Assembly: GCA_030295235.1 (NCBI GenBank)
Contig: AP026150.1
Coordinates: forward strand, 496,001 to 560,000
Origin: Fistulifera solaris
Taxonomy: Eukaryota
Length of the DNA stretch: 64,000 nt
Direction: 5' to 3'
The position numbers were made by a program, and so were the translations under genes. A model generated the notes under the pieces. That model was not told where the DNA came from and made no database searches. It was given only the letters and a program-made list of their open reading frames with translations. How positions within the stretch are numbered: position 1 is the stretch's first letter; each line of letters opens with the position of its first letter. Of this stretch, positions 11,853 through 23,988 are shown one piece after another.

Positions 11853-13396
11853 CTACACCCCGTCTTTCACAAAGTCCAAGCGCACTTTCCATTTGTTGAT
11901 ATCAACGACAAACAAGCCGTATGACACAAGATACGACTCAAACATGGCCCCCAGTTTCTCCTCACTGTCACCACTGAAGTCTCCCGTTTCCAAATAGTCG
12001 TCTTTCGCGGCAAGAGCCACGTCCGTTAGATCAATATATTCCTCTCGTTCGACGGTGATCATTTGTGAAAAGGCTTCACGTGCGACCACAGCAGAAAACT
12101 TGCGGAAACGTATCTCCTCTCGCAATTCAACTAGTTGCGCTTCCAAATTTCGTAGACGATGATCCAGTTTCTGCTTGTTCTTTTGACGTCTGTAATACTA
12201 TATTCACCTCGCTCTTCAACGCTAATTGTCCAACCTCGTACATGTTGAATGTTCATGTCGTACGCTGCCATGTAGGTTGCAAACACCTTGGCAAGCTTTC
12301 CTTCCTCTAGATTGGCCGCTTCGTTTGGTCTCAAATTGTATTTCCAAGCCGATTTCCCGATAGCAGATAAATTGATGGAGTCATCGTCCCCTGTTATCAT
12401 TTCCGCGAACGCCGCGCTGGCTAAGGTAGATGCAAACCGCCCATAGTGGATTTCATCACTCATCTCTTTCTCCAGTTCCTCAAGCTCCTTGATGTGCTCT
12501 TGCTGCTTTGACATGGTGCTTTTTACGTGCTTCACGTTAAATGCTTGAACAGTTTTTGAACCAGATTCGATAGTTTCTGAATCTATTCGCTGAAACCCAT
12601 AAACTTCCAGATCTGCCAGAAAGTTTCGTCTGGAAATATTCGCCGGTAGTCGAACGCGACCTTTTCGCATCCATTCAATAATATAATGAAAACGACTAGG
12701 GTCCCCATCTAATCGAACCGGTTTCGAGGTGCTATAGCGCTTGAGACACGACCTTGATGGCAGCACGCGTTCTGGAAATGAGTCAATAATGTGAGGGTCA
12801 ATTTCAAAGACCTGATTCTCGACTCTAAATGCTGCCATCGACGGAACTGTCGGTTCATTTGATCTAGCGATGAAGGTCACAGATCCAGAAGCTTCTTTTA
12901 AAAATTCTCGAATATGTGATGCGTGCATGCTGGAAAAATCGATAGTATCGGCACCCAGCAGTGTGTCGCCTATTCTCAGTACGGTATCTTCGAAAGGACT
13001 CCCCTCGGCAATTTTCGTCACGCAAACGTTTCCGGGAAAGCCTGCTATTGAGAGTTTGAACTTTCCGTCCTTTGGTTTTTTCACGGTTATTTCGATAATG
13101 TCCTTGGCTTTGACGGTTCGCAGTTCCTTTTCCGGCCCGTATGCCAACAGAAATTTAAGTTTCCCCGACGCTCGATTTATTATTTCAAGTAGATTGTCTT
13201 CATGCATTCCGTCAACAGGAATATTTGCTATCCGGAGAACTCGCATGCCTTCCCTGGCGACATAACCAGCACATCGATCGAAGAGGCCGTCCTCGGTTAT
13301 GCGTTTGATGAAAATAAAATTCCCCGAACTCCTCAGTCGAACTCCAGCCTTTTCGGAAGGATGTGACTTCTCGAGCATCACAGGAAGAAACTTCAT
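11853..13396 (-). CDS. PDZ-PDZ-BTB(T1/KCTD-type) protein with two copies of an unnamed C-terminal domain; frameshift at ~12181
   Basis: PDZ-like segments (IFIKRITEDGLF..GMRVLRIANIPV; VCVTKIAEGSPF..LRIGDTLL) and a T1-BTB motif (FRVENQVFEI..FPERVL..LDGDPSRFHYIIEWMRKGRV.LP..FLADLEVYG). Adding one base in the T4 run at 12181-12184 fuses it with ORF 11853..12146. Confidence 0.7.
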
Positions 13397-13733
13397 CCTG
13401 ATAGCTATGGCGAGAGATAATTATTATTCTTGTTTATCGACCTGCACATCTCATGTCCATGATTATTATTTTGTTGCATCATCGTCGCTTTTCGATGTTG
13501 TGGTCGGCGAGCTCGTCCATTCGTACACACTTTTCTACAGTGCGAACGCCGAGGAGCACGAGTCGCACGCGAGGTGAACTTGAAGACCATAGTTAATTTC
13601 AAGCTCAGCTCATAGCGGCACTCAATTTGTTAATCGCCATATTTTAGCGATATTTGCCCAAGTGCTGGAAAGTAACCTCAACGCTAATGATATCGGAACT
13701 GCTAGGATGGAAAACATGGACAAAGTAACTAAT

Positions 13734-14291
13734 TTACACTAAAATTTCTTGATGGATTAAAAAACCCAAGTTAAGGTTCCATCTTTCAGCCTCTTTGACA
13801 TAAAGACCAAGTTTTTCAAGCATTAATTCGACGATTTCTTTGAGGCGTCCCTCGCTAACCGCCATGCTCGTATCGACTAGACACTCATCATGGGCACGAC
13901 GGACAACATCCGAGAGGTCTATCATTCCATTATCTCCAGCAAGTATGAACTCTGCAAATGCCGCACGACCTACTGTCAAAGAAAACTTACGCAAGCGTAT
14001 TTCGCCCCTCATTGTTTCGAGTCTCGACTCAATTTCCACTTTGGCCCGTTTACTGGATCCGTTTCCACCCTTGTTTGGAAAATTCATTTTCTGCTCTAGG
14101 TACTTCGCTTCGCTCTCAAGATCTTTGATGTGCTCTTGTTCTCTCTTGATTGCAGCTTTAACTTGCTTAATTGAATGCAAGGCCTCGGTTTGCACATCAC
14201 TGTCGCCTTTTAGCGGAACAATGAAATCTATCCTCGAGAGAGTGCTTTCCAAGCGGGACTTTTGAAGGCGTAAGTCGGACTTAATTGTCAT
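13734..14291 (-). CDS. Coiled-coil protein carrying one copy of the same unnamed domain as the adjacent PDZ-BTB gene
   Basis: IKREQEHIKDLE and EIRLRKFSLTVGRAAFAEFI..IDLSDV..SEGRLKEI..GLYV..W match segments of 11853..13396. Confidence 0.65.
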   Translation of the reverse strand: MTIKSDLRLQKSRLESTLSRIDFIVPLKGDSDVQTEALHSIKQVKAAIKREQEHIKDLESEAKYLEQKMNFPNKGGNGSSKRAKVEIESRLETMRGEIRLRKFSLTVGRAAFAEFILAGDNGMIDLSDVVRRAHDECLVDTSMAVSEGRLKEIVELMLEKLGLYVKEAERWNLNLGFLIHQEILV

Positions 14292-14692
14292 ATTGGCAGA
14301 CAGAATTGTTGGTTTTTGATATTGGAGAGATATTTCCTCACAAATTGATGATCACTGTAGAAGGAATTGAGCACTCAGTTTTCGGTATCTCAGGAAAACT
14401 GGATGCCTCTGCTATTTTCGCGACAAAGTGCTTGCCAGTTATGATTAAAGTGGAGCACTTTTATGCTGCTTGCAAGCGATTAGTTCATTTCAACCTTTTG
14501 GTTTTCTTTGAAACGATTTCTCACCCAACGCACAACGGATGAATGAAATAATGAGGCTAAATAAATCTCCAGGATGTCGTAGCGGGAAATCTTAAACGTT
14601 TTTTTCATGGTACGGTACCGGTACCTGGTACGGAGTATATAATTTATAAATCGATGCTATCACTATCGATCTTGCTATGAATAACTACGTTT

Positions 14693-16387
14693 CTAATCTT
14701 CTAGGAACTCCGTCATGCTTTTCGCAGAGACATAGATCGTGTCATACAGACGGAAGAATTCTTCCTTTGTTACCCAAAAGATACCATCATCTGCAACCAC
14801 GGGGTTTAGCTCCTGTTTAATTTTTGGATACTTTTCCCACCCAGGTCCATCGTCATCGAATTCGCCGTTTTCCATTTCTCCTTTTCCCCAGGGATTTCTA
14901 ACTTTGACCATGTCAACACCCGTACCGGCCACGTTTGTCCGACACTCAATAACGGAGTAACCATGATTGTCCACCATTCCTGCTTCTTTCTTGACGTCAT
15001 TACTTCGCCCCGCACCCATGATAAAATTTATTTTATCCCATGCACACATTCGTTGGAAAACTTCTTCGAGAGGCAACTCTCCCTTGCCGCCACCGCCTTC
15101 CTTGGGCCACGCTCCTGGCCAAACACCAGCATAGCTGTCGCTGGGTGCGTTGGTGTACGCCGACCACTTTTTCTTGTTGGGATCGTAACGCGAGGAGCAA
15201 TAGTACAAATCCGTTTTCGGATTGTGAAAGATGGTGTACTGTTCTTTGCAGCCGGTCATGAGAGCCCATGCGTGCGTTGCGTGTCCACCTGTAATTTTAT
15301 CCCAACCACCGCAATGCGCCGCAATGGCCTTTTCCAAATAGCACACCCATAATTCACCATCAGATGATGGTTTGGAGGACAGCAAACCTGTCTTGTTGGG
15401 ATTCGCACACAAACGCTCATCTACCACAATATCAACTTCGGTCCATGTGGGCAGATCCCACAATGTAATGGTGTACATGTTCGGCTTTTCGCCCGGCATC
15501 TTATGCCAATCCTTGCTTTTACGAAACAGTTTCTTGATGGCACCATCGAATTCTGCCAAGGATGAAATGCCCGAAAGTAACCAACAGTCTCCCACTGTAC
15601 CTTGCTTGATGTCCGACGGATCGACATTGCCAATGATTTTGAGTTTGGGATCATCACAGCATCCCATACCTCGACCCGGCAACAATGGCTTCGGCAATTT
15701 CCGCGCAAAATGCGTGGCCAAGACGGTATCCGTGTACTGATCACGCGCCGCAGGAGGCAATTCATCGTTGGGCAGTGCCGGCAGGGCCTGATAGTGTTGC
15801 ATCCAACAAGTCATCCATCCGTCTGGACTAACATCCTGAGGTGTGTAATAAGCAGTACCTTCGCGATGAACAATTTTGTATTGTTGTTGTTTGACCGGCC
15901 AATCCAACATGGCCGTCTGGTATTGTAGCGAAATGTATTGCCGAGGATTGGCGTGAAAGTCGGCAATCGCTTCCTTAATGTCTCCTTTCTTTTCTTGTGT
16001 CGTTCCGATACTTTCCGCCAAGACAGATCCATTGAATGTGAGACTTGTGACTTTCCATTTGCTGGGAATTTCGTTCGGATGCGGCGGAGGAGATGATGGT
16101 GATGATGATGCAACCATTGCTGATGATTCTTCGGGTGTGTCTACTGCTTTAGTTTTCTTGGAAGAATAGGGGCGACATTTTGCGGTGGGAGTTGCTGACG
16201 AGGAAGCCGATGACGAAGCAACGGACGAAGACGAAACGGAAGCTGACGATGCTGAGGAGGCCTCCGAATCATCACGATTCGCCGATGCATCGGGAGGAGG
16301 AGAAATCTTAACTTCGTTTTCCGGCAGCGAAGACTCCTGCGGAGCTTCCTGTGGCTCAACTTTCGGCTCGCTTCTGCAATTTCCCAT
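14693..16387 (-). CDS. Calpain-family cysteine protease (CysPc, peptidase C2)
   Basis: DIKQGTVGDCWLLS (Cys), LWVCYLEKAIA, NHGYSV (His), VKVRNPWG (Asn), DDGIFWV. Likely start MGNCRS at 16387. Confidence 0.92.
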   Translation of the reverse strand: MGNCRSEPKVEPQEAPQESSLPENEVKISPPPDASANRDDSEASSASSASVSSSSVASSSASSSATPTAKCRPYSSKKTKAVDTPEESSAMVASSSPSSPPPHPNEIPSKWKVTSLTFNGSVLAESIGTTQEKKGDIKEAIADFHANPRQYISLQYQTAMLDWPVKQQQYKIVHREGTAYYTPQDVSPDGWMTCWMQHYQALPALPNDELPPAARDQYTDTVLATHFARKLPKPLLPGRGMGCCDDPKLKIIGNVDPSDIKQGTVGDCWLLSGISSLAEFDGAIKKLFRKSKDWHKMPGEKPNMYTITLWDLPTWTEVDIVVDERLCANPNKTGLLSSKPSSDGELWVCYLEKAIAAHCGGWDKITGGHATHAWALMTGCKEQYTIFHNPKTDLYYCSSRYDPNKKKWSAYTNAPSDSYAGVWPGAWPKEGGGGKGELPLEEVFQRMCAWDKINFIMGAGRSNDVKKEAGMVDNHGYSVIECRTNVAGTGVDMVKVRNPWGKGEMENGEFDDDGPGWEKYPKIKQELNPVVADDGIFWVTKEEFFRLYDTIYVSAKSMTEFLED

Positions 16388-16907
16388 GACTAATGGTGCT
16401 GTTTGTGTAGCTAGTAGGTCTTCTGGGAGGAAAAATACCAGTAAGGTGAAGGAAAGTGATCGTTTTGCCGGAAAACAGCTTCCGAGCTTTTTCACCTGGC
16501 TTCCAAGATGTCAAGGCAATGAAAAGAAATGACCCTTGGCGCAAAAGCAAAAGCTTGGCGTGATCTACAGTCATTGTAAATTGGTACCGGTACCGTACGA
16601 CAACCATGTTGTTTTATAAATAGTGTATCATTCCTTGTGAAAACCTGTTCCTTAACGGAGGACACTTTCGTACGTACACGCCCCATCATCATGGCGGAAC
16701 GCACGTGGTACTTGTATCTATTTTACTATGACTTCGAGTACCTGGTATTTATTGTTTCTTTTTCTTTTGAATTCGAGAAGAAGAACGATGAAAAGAGAAA
16801 TAAAAGACGTCCTCGATGGCAAAGGCTATTGCCTTCCTTCCAAGACTCATAATTGACTTCCTTTCGTGTAAAAGTTTGCAAACATAGCGTCAAAAGAAAG
16901 CACGAAA

Positions 16908-17710
16908 ATGGTGACTGTACGTAAACAAGATAACCTACAGAATGGCAAGATTCCTATTCTTCCCGCCGTTCTTACAGGAGCTAGCATGATGCATGCTACA
17001 TTTATGTTTCTACAAACTCAAGTTCCATCCTGGAATGCTGCGGAGGAGTTCTGTTTACATGCAACAGAGGACTGTCTGCGTCCCGATTTAATGGCCTTTC
17101 AATGCATCAGCGGAATGGTCTTTATGGTCTGCACGATACTGGGGATTTACGCGTGGTACGGGACACGCTCCTGTCACTTATCCTCGCAACGACTCTTTGC
17201 ACAACTGCCCGTAGCACAGTGGTTGACGCTATGGAACTTGACGTACCAGATTTGGGATTTTGGGATTTCGTTCGTCATTCCGGAATTCACACAGCCTATC
17301 TTGTTGGCTCATCACGCCGCTGCGGCGACCGTGGCTTACGCCGCTTTGCGTTACAACATGTTGGGATATTATGCCATCTTTTTCATGGGGTTGTCGGAAA
17401 TCTCTTCGGTATTTCTCGTCGTCATTGATTTGGGTCGATATATCCCCCCAGAATCTGGCACTTATTACGACATGTTGGTCCATCAAGTGTGTGCACCCTT
17501 GTTTGTTGTCACCTTCTTTTACTATCGAGTCATCTTATGGTGGTATCCCATTACTGTCAATCTTTTGAAAGATGTCTCGGATGGACTCAAAAGTCAAAAT
17601 CACCGCATTGGGTCATGTACTTGTTGCTGTTACTCGATATCCCTATGGGTTTCTTGCAATTGTATTGGATGGCACTCATTGTGCAAACATTGCAATCTCA
17701 AATGAGTTGA
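16908..17710 (+). CDS. TLC (TRAM/LAG1/CLN8) domain membrane protein; frameshift near 17590
   Basis: YQIWDF, LAHH, FFMGLSEISSVFL, FFYYRVI. The last TM (LQLYWMALIV) lies in the overlapping frame 17489..17710. Confidence 0.8.
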
Positions 17711-17771
17711 TGATTGATGACTCTGTAGTAGACCAGTAATGCCGGTAACATTTCTGTACTTGTCGTTGGGT

Positions 17772-18695
17772 TTAGGCGGCCATACTCGCCTTGTAGTCAT
17801 CCAAGATTTGCCGAGCGACATTGGTAATATGAGCGAATCGTTTGGATCCCAAGTGAATACCCCCAAACCACCGTGATACAACTACCAACACACCATCTTC
17901 ATTGCGTACTGACAATAAATGAGCCAGTCGTGATCCGGCCGCATCTTCGCCATCATCATCGTTGTCGTGTTTCCATATACCGTCCTGACAAACTCTCCAC
18001 GCGTACTTTTCCAAGCAAGAACAGCGTGAGTACATTTGAGTACCGAAGGTGCACGAATCATTGCGATTCTGCACGTACCATATTGTGCGTAGCTCGTTGT
18101 AGTTTGGTCGAACTCTGCAAGAGTTGATGTAAAGCAGGCTGCACGTCGGCATCGCTTTGAATGTTGCATACATGAGCCTGAAATGTTGACTTGCGATCCA
18201 GCAAAGGCTCACCTGTCATCCACTGGTACGAATGATTTGTGGCGTTCTGTACTGTTGTCACTGCTTCACTCTGTGAGAGTCTCCTTTGTTATTGTCGTCG
18301 TCGTCTGGGTAGTCTTTGCTCGTAATATAGTTGTTATCTTCAATGAACTCATTCCACGCCTCGAGCGCAGCTGAACAACACATCAAACCAGCTTCTATTT
18401 GCAATTCGAAACATTCCTGGGCGTGTTGCCGAAAAGCTGTTAGAGCAGCTTCCAAACGTACTTTGTCGTGTGATGTCGAAGCGCGAAAGGCAGTCAAATG
18501 CAAAGGTTCCGTCAACGGATACCCTTCACGCCATTCCAGAACACAATAAACTGTGGAGGAGAATTGAAAGGTGACTTGAAAAGGAAATTGCAACAGATTT
18601 AACTCGTCGTCGTTCATCTGTATTTCGGTGGTAAAGGCTGCCAACAACATTTCTAAATCGGCGCGGGCGCGCTCGAAAGATTCGGAACAATCCAT
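17772..18695 (-). CDS. IMPACT: IMPACT/YIH1-like protein (RWD + UPF0029 domain); intron 18006..18078, frameshift ~18270
   Basis: RWD-like N-terminus with YP motif; GEPLLDRKSTFQAH, ATHNM|YAWR, DDDGEDAAGSRL, VVVSRWFGGIHLG..RF. A GTACGT..AG intron joins HNM to YAWR. Confidence 0.85.
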
Positions 18696-19101
18696 TATGT
18701 TCGGTGTCAGGTCAGTTACCGATTACTATTTTCGCATTTGGTTTGTACTTGCTTGATTTAATACAAAGTAAGAAAGGAAAACAGCCGTGATGATTACTCC
18801 GTATGTGAACGTCAACGATGATACCAAGAATTAAAAAAATGGCCGACGATCGATCGCGCCGAGCTAGCAGGCAGGGTCGAGGCGTCAGGCGTCGTTCGTC
18901 GTCCGCTTTCTGCTGCTCTCAATGATGTCATCATTCAAACCAAAGTTGGAAATGACCCATGACTGGACCCACGATTACGTCCATGACCGACCAAATTCTA
19001 GGGTCTTCAACCAACTCAATCACTAGTGCGATCGCTTTTAGATAAAGATATTACTTCATGACTTTATTATGGATTACGAAAGATAAATAAACAAAACGAT
19101 T

Positions 19102-20069
19102 TTAAGGAAGTGGCATGTAAGGCGACGGCGATCCTTGTAATTCCGAGAGTCGCTTACGAATCAATAAATCCAGCAGCTGACTTTGGTTGTTGTTCATTCC
19201 AGGACGTCCTCCGAGACGGAGACCTACTTGTTGCTGCTGTGGGAGATTCAATAAACAAGCTTGTTGAAGACGTTGTTGGTGGGCTTGCTCACGTGCGAGT
19301 AGAGCAGCTCGCATCGAAATCTCTGCTGGATTTCGGAGCATCATGGCCGACACGAGAGCTGGGTGATGATTGGAAGTAGTCAGAAGTTGCTGTTGCGGAG
19401 TGAAGCGGTTCATGGGGAAATTTGGTATTGTACTAACGCCGGGAAGTGCCGTGAAGGTGGGCGTGACTTGCATCGGAGGTCGTGCCGAAGCCACATTTAC
19501 AGCCATTTGTCGTTTCTCCATCCGATTTGGTTGCTCCACTTTGCTTGTCGAAGGAGATTTGACCGCAAGACTCTTTGCTGCTTCCATGGCCGGATTCGTG
19601 TGTCGATTGCTTCCCGTGACGTAATGAAGGATTTGAGGTTTGCCCTTTTGAAAACACGGATGACTGAATACCAAGTCTTCGACGGCGCATTCTTGGCTAG
19701 TAATGATCTTTCGAAAACCGTATCGATAGAGCTTGCGCGTGAAACTGAAAAGCTTCGACCCTTGAAAGCAGTTGTCGAGAGTTTCGTTGAAGTTTTTGGG
19801 TCGAATTACGAACGATTCACCCTCCGGCAGCCACCAAATCGCGTGATCCGTACTGGGATCGTCGACGACTTCCATGAGCTTTTGGGGAAATGTCTTGGTG
19901 ATGACGAGACGATTGCTAATGAGAGGCGATGTTCCTGTTACGTAAAGAGACGGCAATAAAAGAAAGGCACCTGTGAGGACTTGTGTCAAAGCGCTCACAA
20001 CGTCAAGTAAACGGTAGAGCAATGCTCCGTACCTTCGTTTGATTTGTTTGTCGTAACAAGAGCATTCAT
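19102..20069 (-). CDS. Heat-shock-factor (HSF) DNA-binding domain transcription factor with a short first exon
   Basis: FPQKLM, IWWLPEGESFVI, F..SKLFSFTRKLYRYGFRK, FSHPCFQKG; Q-rich C-terminus. ATG at 20069 with a GTACGG donor near 20032; the acceptor is ambiguous. Confidence 0.88.
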
Positions 20070-20820
20070 GGTGTTGTTCGTTTCCGTGCGATTGTTGTCA
20101 GATAAATGGAAGATTCAAGCTAAATAATACGGAGTAATGATAATGTAATGGTGAGTCGTCTATTCAAGTCACTGAGATGATGATGTTTTACAAACGATCG
20201 AATCGAGGAGAGGCCGAACGTGCCTTGAGCAAACGAGGTTAACAAAGGCAAAACGCAGTACTCAAACAGTATCGTAATAGGTAATAATTGGACGAAGAAC
20301 TTTGTTTCACTTCGTTGCTCGGAAGAGAAATTGAAGAAAGAGTACTCTTGGAAAAGACTTGTCAGTTAAATTTTCCTACGTTGTTACAAAATAGCTTTTC
20401 AGAATGGCCTTGTGGTTCCATGAATACATATTAAATACTTTCCGGTCCATTGTGGATATTACACATTTACTCTTTGCTTTGAGTGTCCTGTGTCAACGCG
20501 AACCTCTCAATCGGAGTGACGTTTTTACATTGGCTTCTTAGATCTTCGATGTCATGTCTATTCCGAAAACGGGATGGCTCGTGCCAGCCGATGACGACTG
20601 AGCCGTTAAGTCGTTCGTGGATTGTCTTGCCTTTTATTATTTACGATTTCACATATATCATCGAAGTGTGGATGACCTTAAGGGAATATCCTAAGTATTA
20701 CCACCACAATCGAAAGATTAATAGGGCAGAAATAGCCACATACAAGTAGTCTTAAATCCGATTTAGGTAAAGCTAATAAGAACAAAAATTGAACCTGACT
20801 GGAATATGGCATATCCTATA

Positions 20821-20867
20821 AGACATGAGACATGAGAGAGTGAGACGTGAGACGTGCCGTGTGCCGT
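20821..20867. repeat. Short 7-bp tandem repeats (TGAGACA/TGAGACG, GTGCCGT)
   Basis: AGACATGAGACATGAGAGAGTGAGACGTGAGACGTGCCGTGTGCCGT read directly. Confidence 0.6.
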
Positions 20868-21404
20868 TTCCACGTTTCCCTTAGCCCGTCCACGTCCTAT
20901 TCCTACACACTAGGAGTCGGGACTGGCATTGTAGTTCAAACTGCTACCTTTGTAGCCTAGTGTCGGCACTACAATTGAGGAATGAATTAGGGAATAAAGG
21001 CAAACTATCAAAAGGCGGAAAGCGATTAGCTAGGGAGCATTTCCCTAATTCTTTAGCCTGCAAGCTTTAGCTGCTGACTCTAGGTGATTTCGTGAACCAC
21101 GGGATCATTGATCTTATCGCATCGAGCGTAAATCAATTCGCGAATATCAAAAGGCGCACAGCTTGTTCTCGTTTCTCTCAAGATACTATTATATTTTCCA
21201 TCCATGTCGCCGTCGTCCGACTCCTCCTCTAGACTATATTTACAAGAAAATGGAAGGTAGTTGAATGTTGTTGTATTCGGAGACCGCAATGAGGCTCGAG
21301 AGATGCTTGTGCTTCGGGTGATGAGCAACCTCGTGATCTCTGTGGACCGTTAAGAGTATAAGCAGCTATTTGGCGTTTTGCGTTGTTCGAAAACGCCGCA
21401 AATG

Positions 21405-21835
21405 ATGAAAGCTATGTCAACAGATTCTCAAATTGTGAAATAATCTCTTTGATGTAGTAGGGAAATGAATGCTATTGAAGTGGCCGAACGAGAAAATCAG
21501 ATGACCACAAAAATCGAACAACGTTGATGATGATTCGTGACCGTTGCAGTCGTGAAGAAAGGTCGCCTACACACTGGAACTCATATTAAAAATAATGATC
21601 CGAATATCGAAGGCTGCTGCATTGCAAGTGGATTTGGAGGTATTGAGAAGGAGATAACGATAAGTGAAGCTCAGAAAACATGTAGAACGAACGCTGGTTC
21701 GGTGAAAGCCTTGGAGAAAAACAGATACACATTGGACCATAGTAAACACAACCGACTCCTATGTTCAAGGTTTCTCGATTTAAATAAACAAGGATGCATT
21801 GCAAATGCTCGTTTACCAAATTGCACTGTGCCAAC
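21405..21835. repeat. Degenerate dispersed repeat, copy 2 (paralogous to ~2475..2930)
   Basis: Same orientation and colinear blocks as copy 1; broken reading frames. Confidence 0.8.
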
Positions 21836-22113
21836 AACAAATGGAGCGGAAGATAATGGCATTTATTCGTGCACAACATCCATAAAACTGTGATACTATT
21901 AGCCGTAAAATTCTACGTGCTCGAGTACTAGCCATTCCTTACCCAGGTTTTCGGCGTTGATAATTAAAGGCAAGGAACTACCAGTATAACCTTATCACTA
22001 GTCACATTTGTATCACCCTCGATGCTAAAAGCAAAGATCATCCAAAGGAGTAACCACCATGTCAATGAATTTAAAATAAATTCATACGGAGTACAAGACA
22101 ACACATCGGACTC

Positions 22114-23052
22114 ATGAATGCGCTATCAAGGAATAATAAATCGTCCAAAACGGCATCTGTAATAAGCACTGTACTTGTACGGATAATATTCTTTGTAGGC
22201 ATCGTGCAAGTATCCTCCGCACGGCGATTCCCCAAAGTACATGGTGTTCCTTATGATTTCGATGACAACGAAACAACCGCACATGGCTGGGGAAGAGAAC
22301 TGACTTTGTTTGCTACAGAAGTAGACGCAGACGACCCTCCAACTGTCTGCAGCATGAGAGCCGGAAGTCGTTCTTTCAACAACGACGACACCTTTCCTTC
22401 TTTTCCGTTTCGTGAAAGCGGCCCTTCTCGATATTCGTCGTCTTCTTACAATCGCTCTCCCAAACGAAGTTTATTACAACCTCTGACGGACTGGTGGTCC
22501 GCCAATATCAGCCCTAGTGTCAAATCGTGGCCCAAAATTGTGTGTCGTGTCGAACCCACCACGACGCTCAAACTTCGCAAAACCTTTCGACCACTCGGTA
22601 CTATCATACGACTGGGAGCCAATTTCAATACACAATTACAAGTATGGCAATTTAAAAGTGACTGGGAAGATGCTATTATTGGAGGCAAATTGACACTGGC
22701 CGGACGGGAATTGCAATTGACGAAATCCTGGCAACTCAGTGTCGGAGCCGTCGAAGATTTAGTCACACGATTGCGTTTTCGCGCGGCGGTGGATTTGAGT
22801 ACATGGAAAGCGTATGCTCGCGTAGGATTTCGAACGGAACGCTTGAGTCCCATTAATATTATGGAGGGATTTACATTTCAGAAAGAAGTTCCGTTGGATG
22901 GACCAAGTGGTCACGTGAAGTTGCAAGTCAAGGCGAATTTCGCCTTGCCCGAACCCGAGATTGAATACTCGACCGAAACGCAGCGTTCTTTAATTGGTAT
23001 GGGGGACATTCAAGTCAGCATTGAAGAACTGAATCTATTGTTGGATTATTGA
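22114..23052 (+). CDS. Hypothetical protein with signal-like N-terminus and beta-strand-rich C-terminal domain
   Basis: 312-aa ORF; hydrophobic N-terminal segment; alternating-hydrophobic strands in the C-terminal half, ending LNLLLDY. Confidence 0.7.
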   Translation: MNALSRNNKSSKTASVISTVLVRIIFFVGIVQVSSARRFPKVHGVPYDFDDNETTAHGWGRELTLFATEVDADDPPTVCSMRAGSRSFNNDDTFPSFPFRESGPSRYSSSSYNRSPKRSLLQPLTDWWSANISPSVKSWPKIVCRVEPTTTLKLRKTFRPLGTIIRLGANFNTQLQVWQFKSDWEDAIIGGKLTLAGRELQLTKSWQLSVGAVEDLVTRLRFRAAVDLSTWKAYARVGFRTERLSPINIMEGFTFQKEVPLDGPSGHVKLQVKANFALPEPEIEYSTETQRSLIGMGDIQVSIEELNLLLDY

Positions 23053-23137
23053 AAGATAGTACAAAAATATTTGAAAAAAATATTGTAGCACAACTAGATC
23101 ACACTAAGCAGGACGCGTAGAGTTTGTTCCAAGCTAG

Positions 23138-23988
23138 TCATCGGCTACGATAGCGCGCACACTTGTTCTTCCAAGCCTCTCTATGTTCCGCGTTGAAACC
23201 AATCGAATCCAAGTACCCATCGATCGAACCGTACCGGCAGTCCATCCAATCCAGTGTATCGATCATGGCCTGTGCCGGACTGCCACGAAACAAATTCCAG
23301 TCAATGTAATCATTATTGCTGTTTCCGGCGCGTATTTGTTGTCGATCGGGACCCAACAATTGTTCTGATAAAGAGTAGGCTTCGATGATTTCCTCCCGCG
23401 TGGCACCGGCACAATGTTGCAGCATCATACTGAGCAATCCGGTCCGATCTTTGCCTTTTGACAATGCACCAATACAGGACCTTTCGACTGCAAACAAATG
23501 TGCAAACCTTGATTGAACGCGGGACCCCCACTTTCCAACATACTCCGATACAACCCAAACAATCCTTGGGATTCCAGGTAACGAGCCGCCGCGCGATCCA
23601 AGGCACCCGCTTGAACGATCGTTTGGGCCGTGGCTGTGACGCGTGTCCACAGAGGCATGTACGAAATGGTGACATCCCAAAATTCGTCGACACTTTGTAA
23701 AATGGGCAAGTGGATGCGCGTCAATGTATGGCTGACTTGTAATTCATCATAGAACCATTGAGATCCTTCCGTGGCCTTGCTTTGACTCTTTTCCATTTCG
23801 TCTTGATTCCGTAAATCGAGTATTAATCCCGAACGCAACGAGTCATACAATATTTGCGCTTCGGTTTGTGATAATTCGTCGAGCGCCGCCGATCGAAAGA
23901 CATTGGGGGTGATGATGGGTCGAAAATTCCGCAACGTCGTGAAGGAAGACAATTCTAAAGCCAAAAACACAAAAAGGAATTGTATCAT
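23138..23988 (-). CDS. Tyrosine/serine phosphatase (Y_phosphatase3, PtpB/IphP-like); frameshift in the P-loop at ~23456
   Basis: NFRPI..FRSA, ILDLR, VLVHCQK|GKDRTG (CX5R restored by +1 base), II..Y.LS, YGSIDGYLDSIG; N-terminal signal peptide. Confidence 0.82.
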
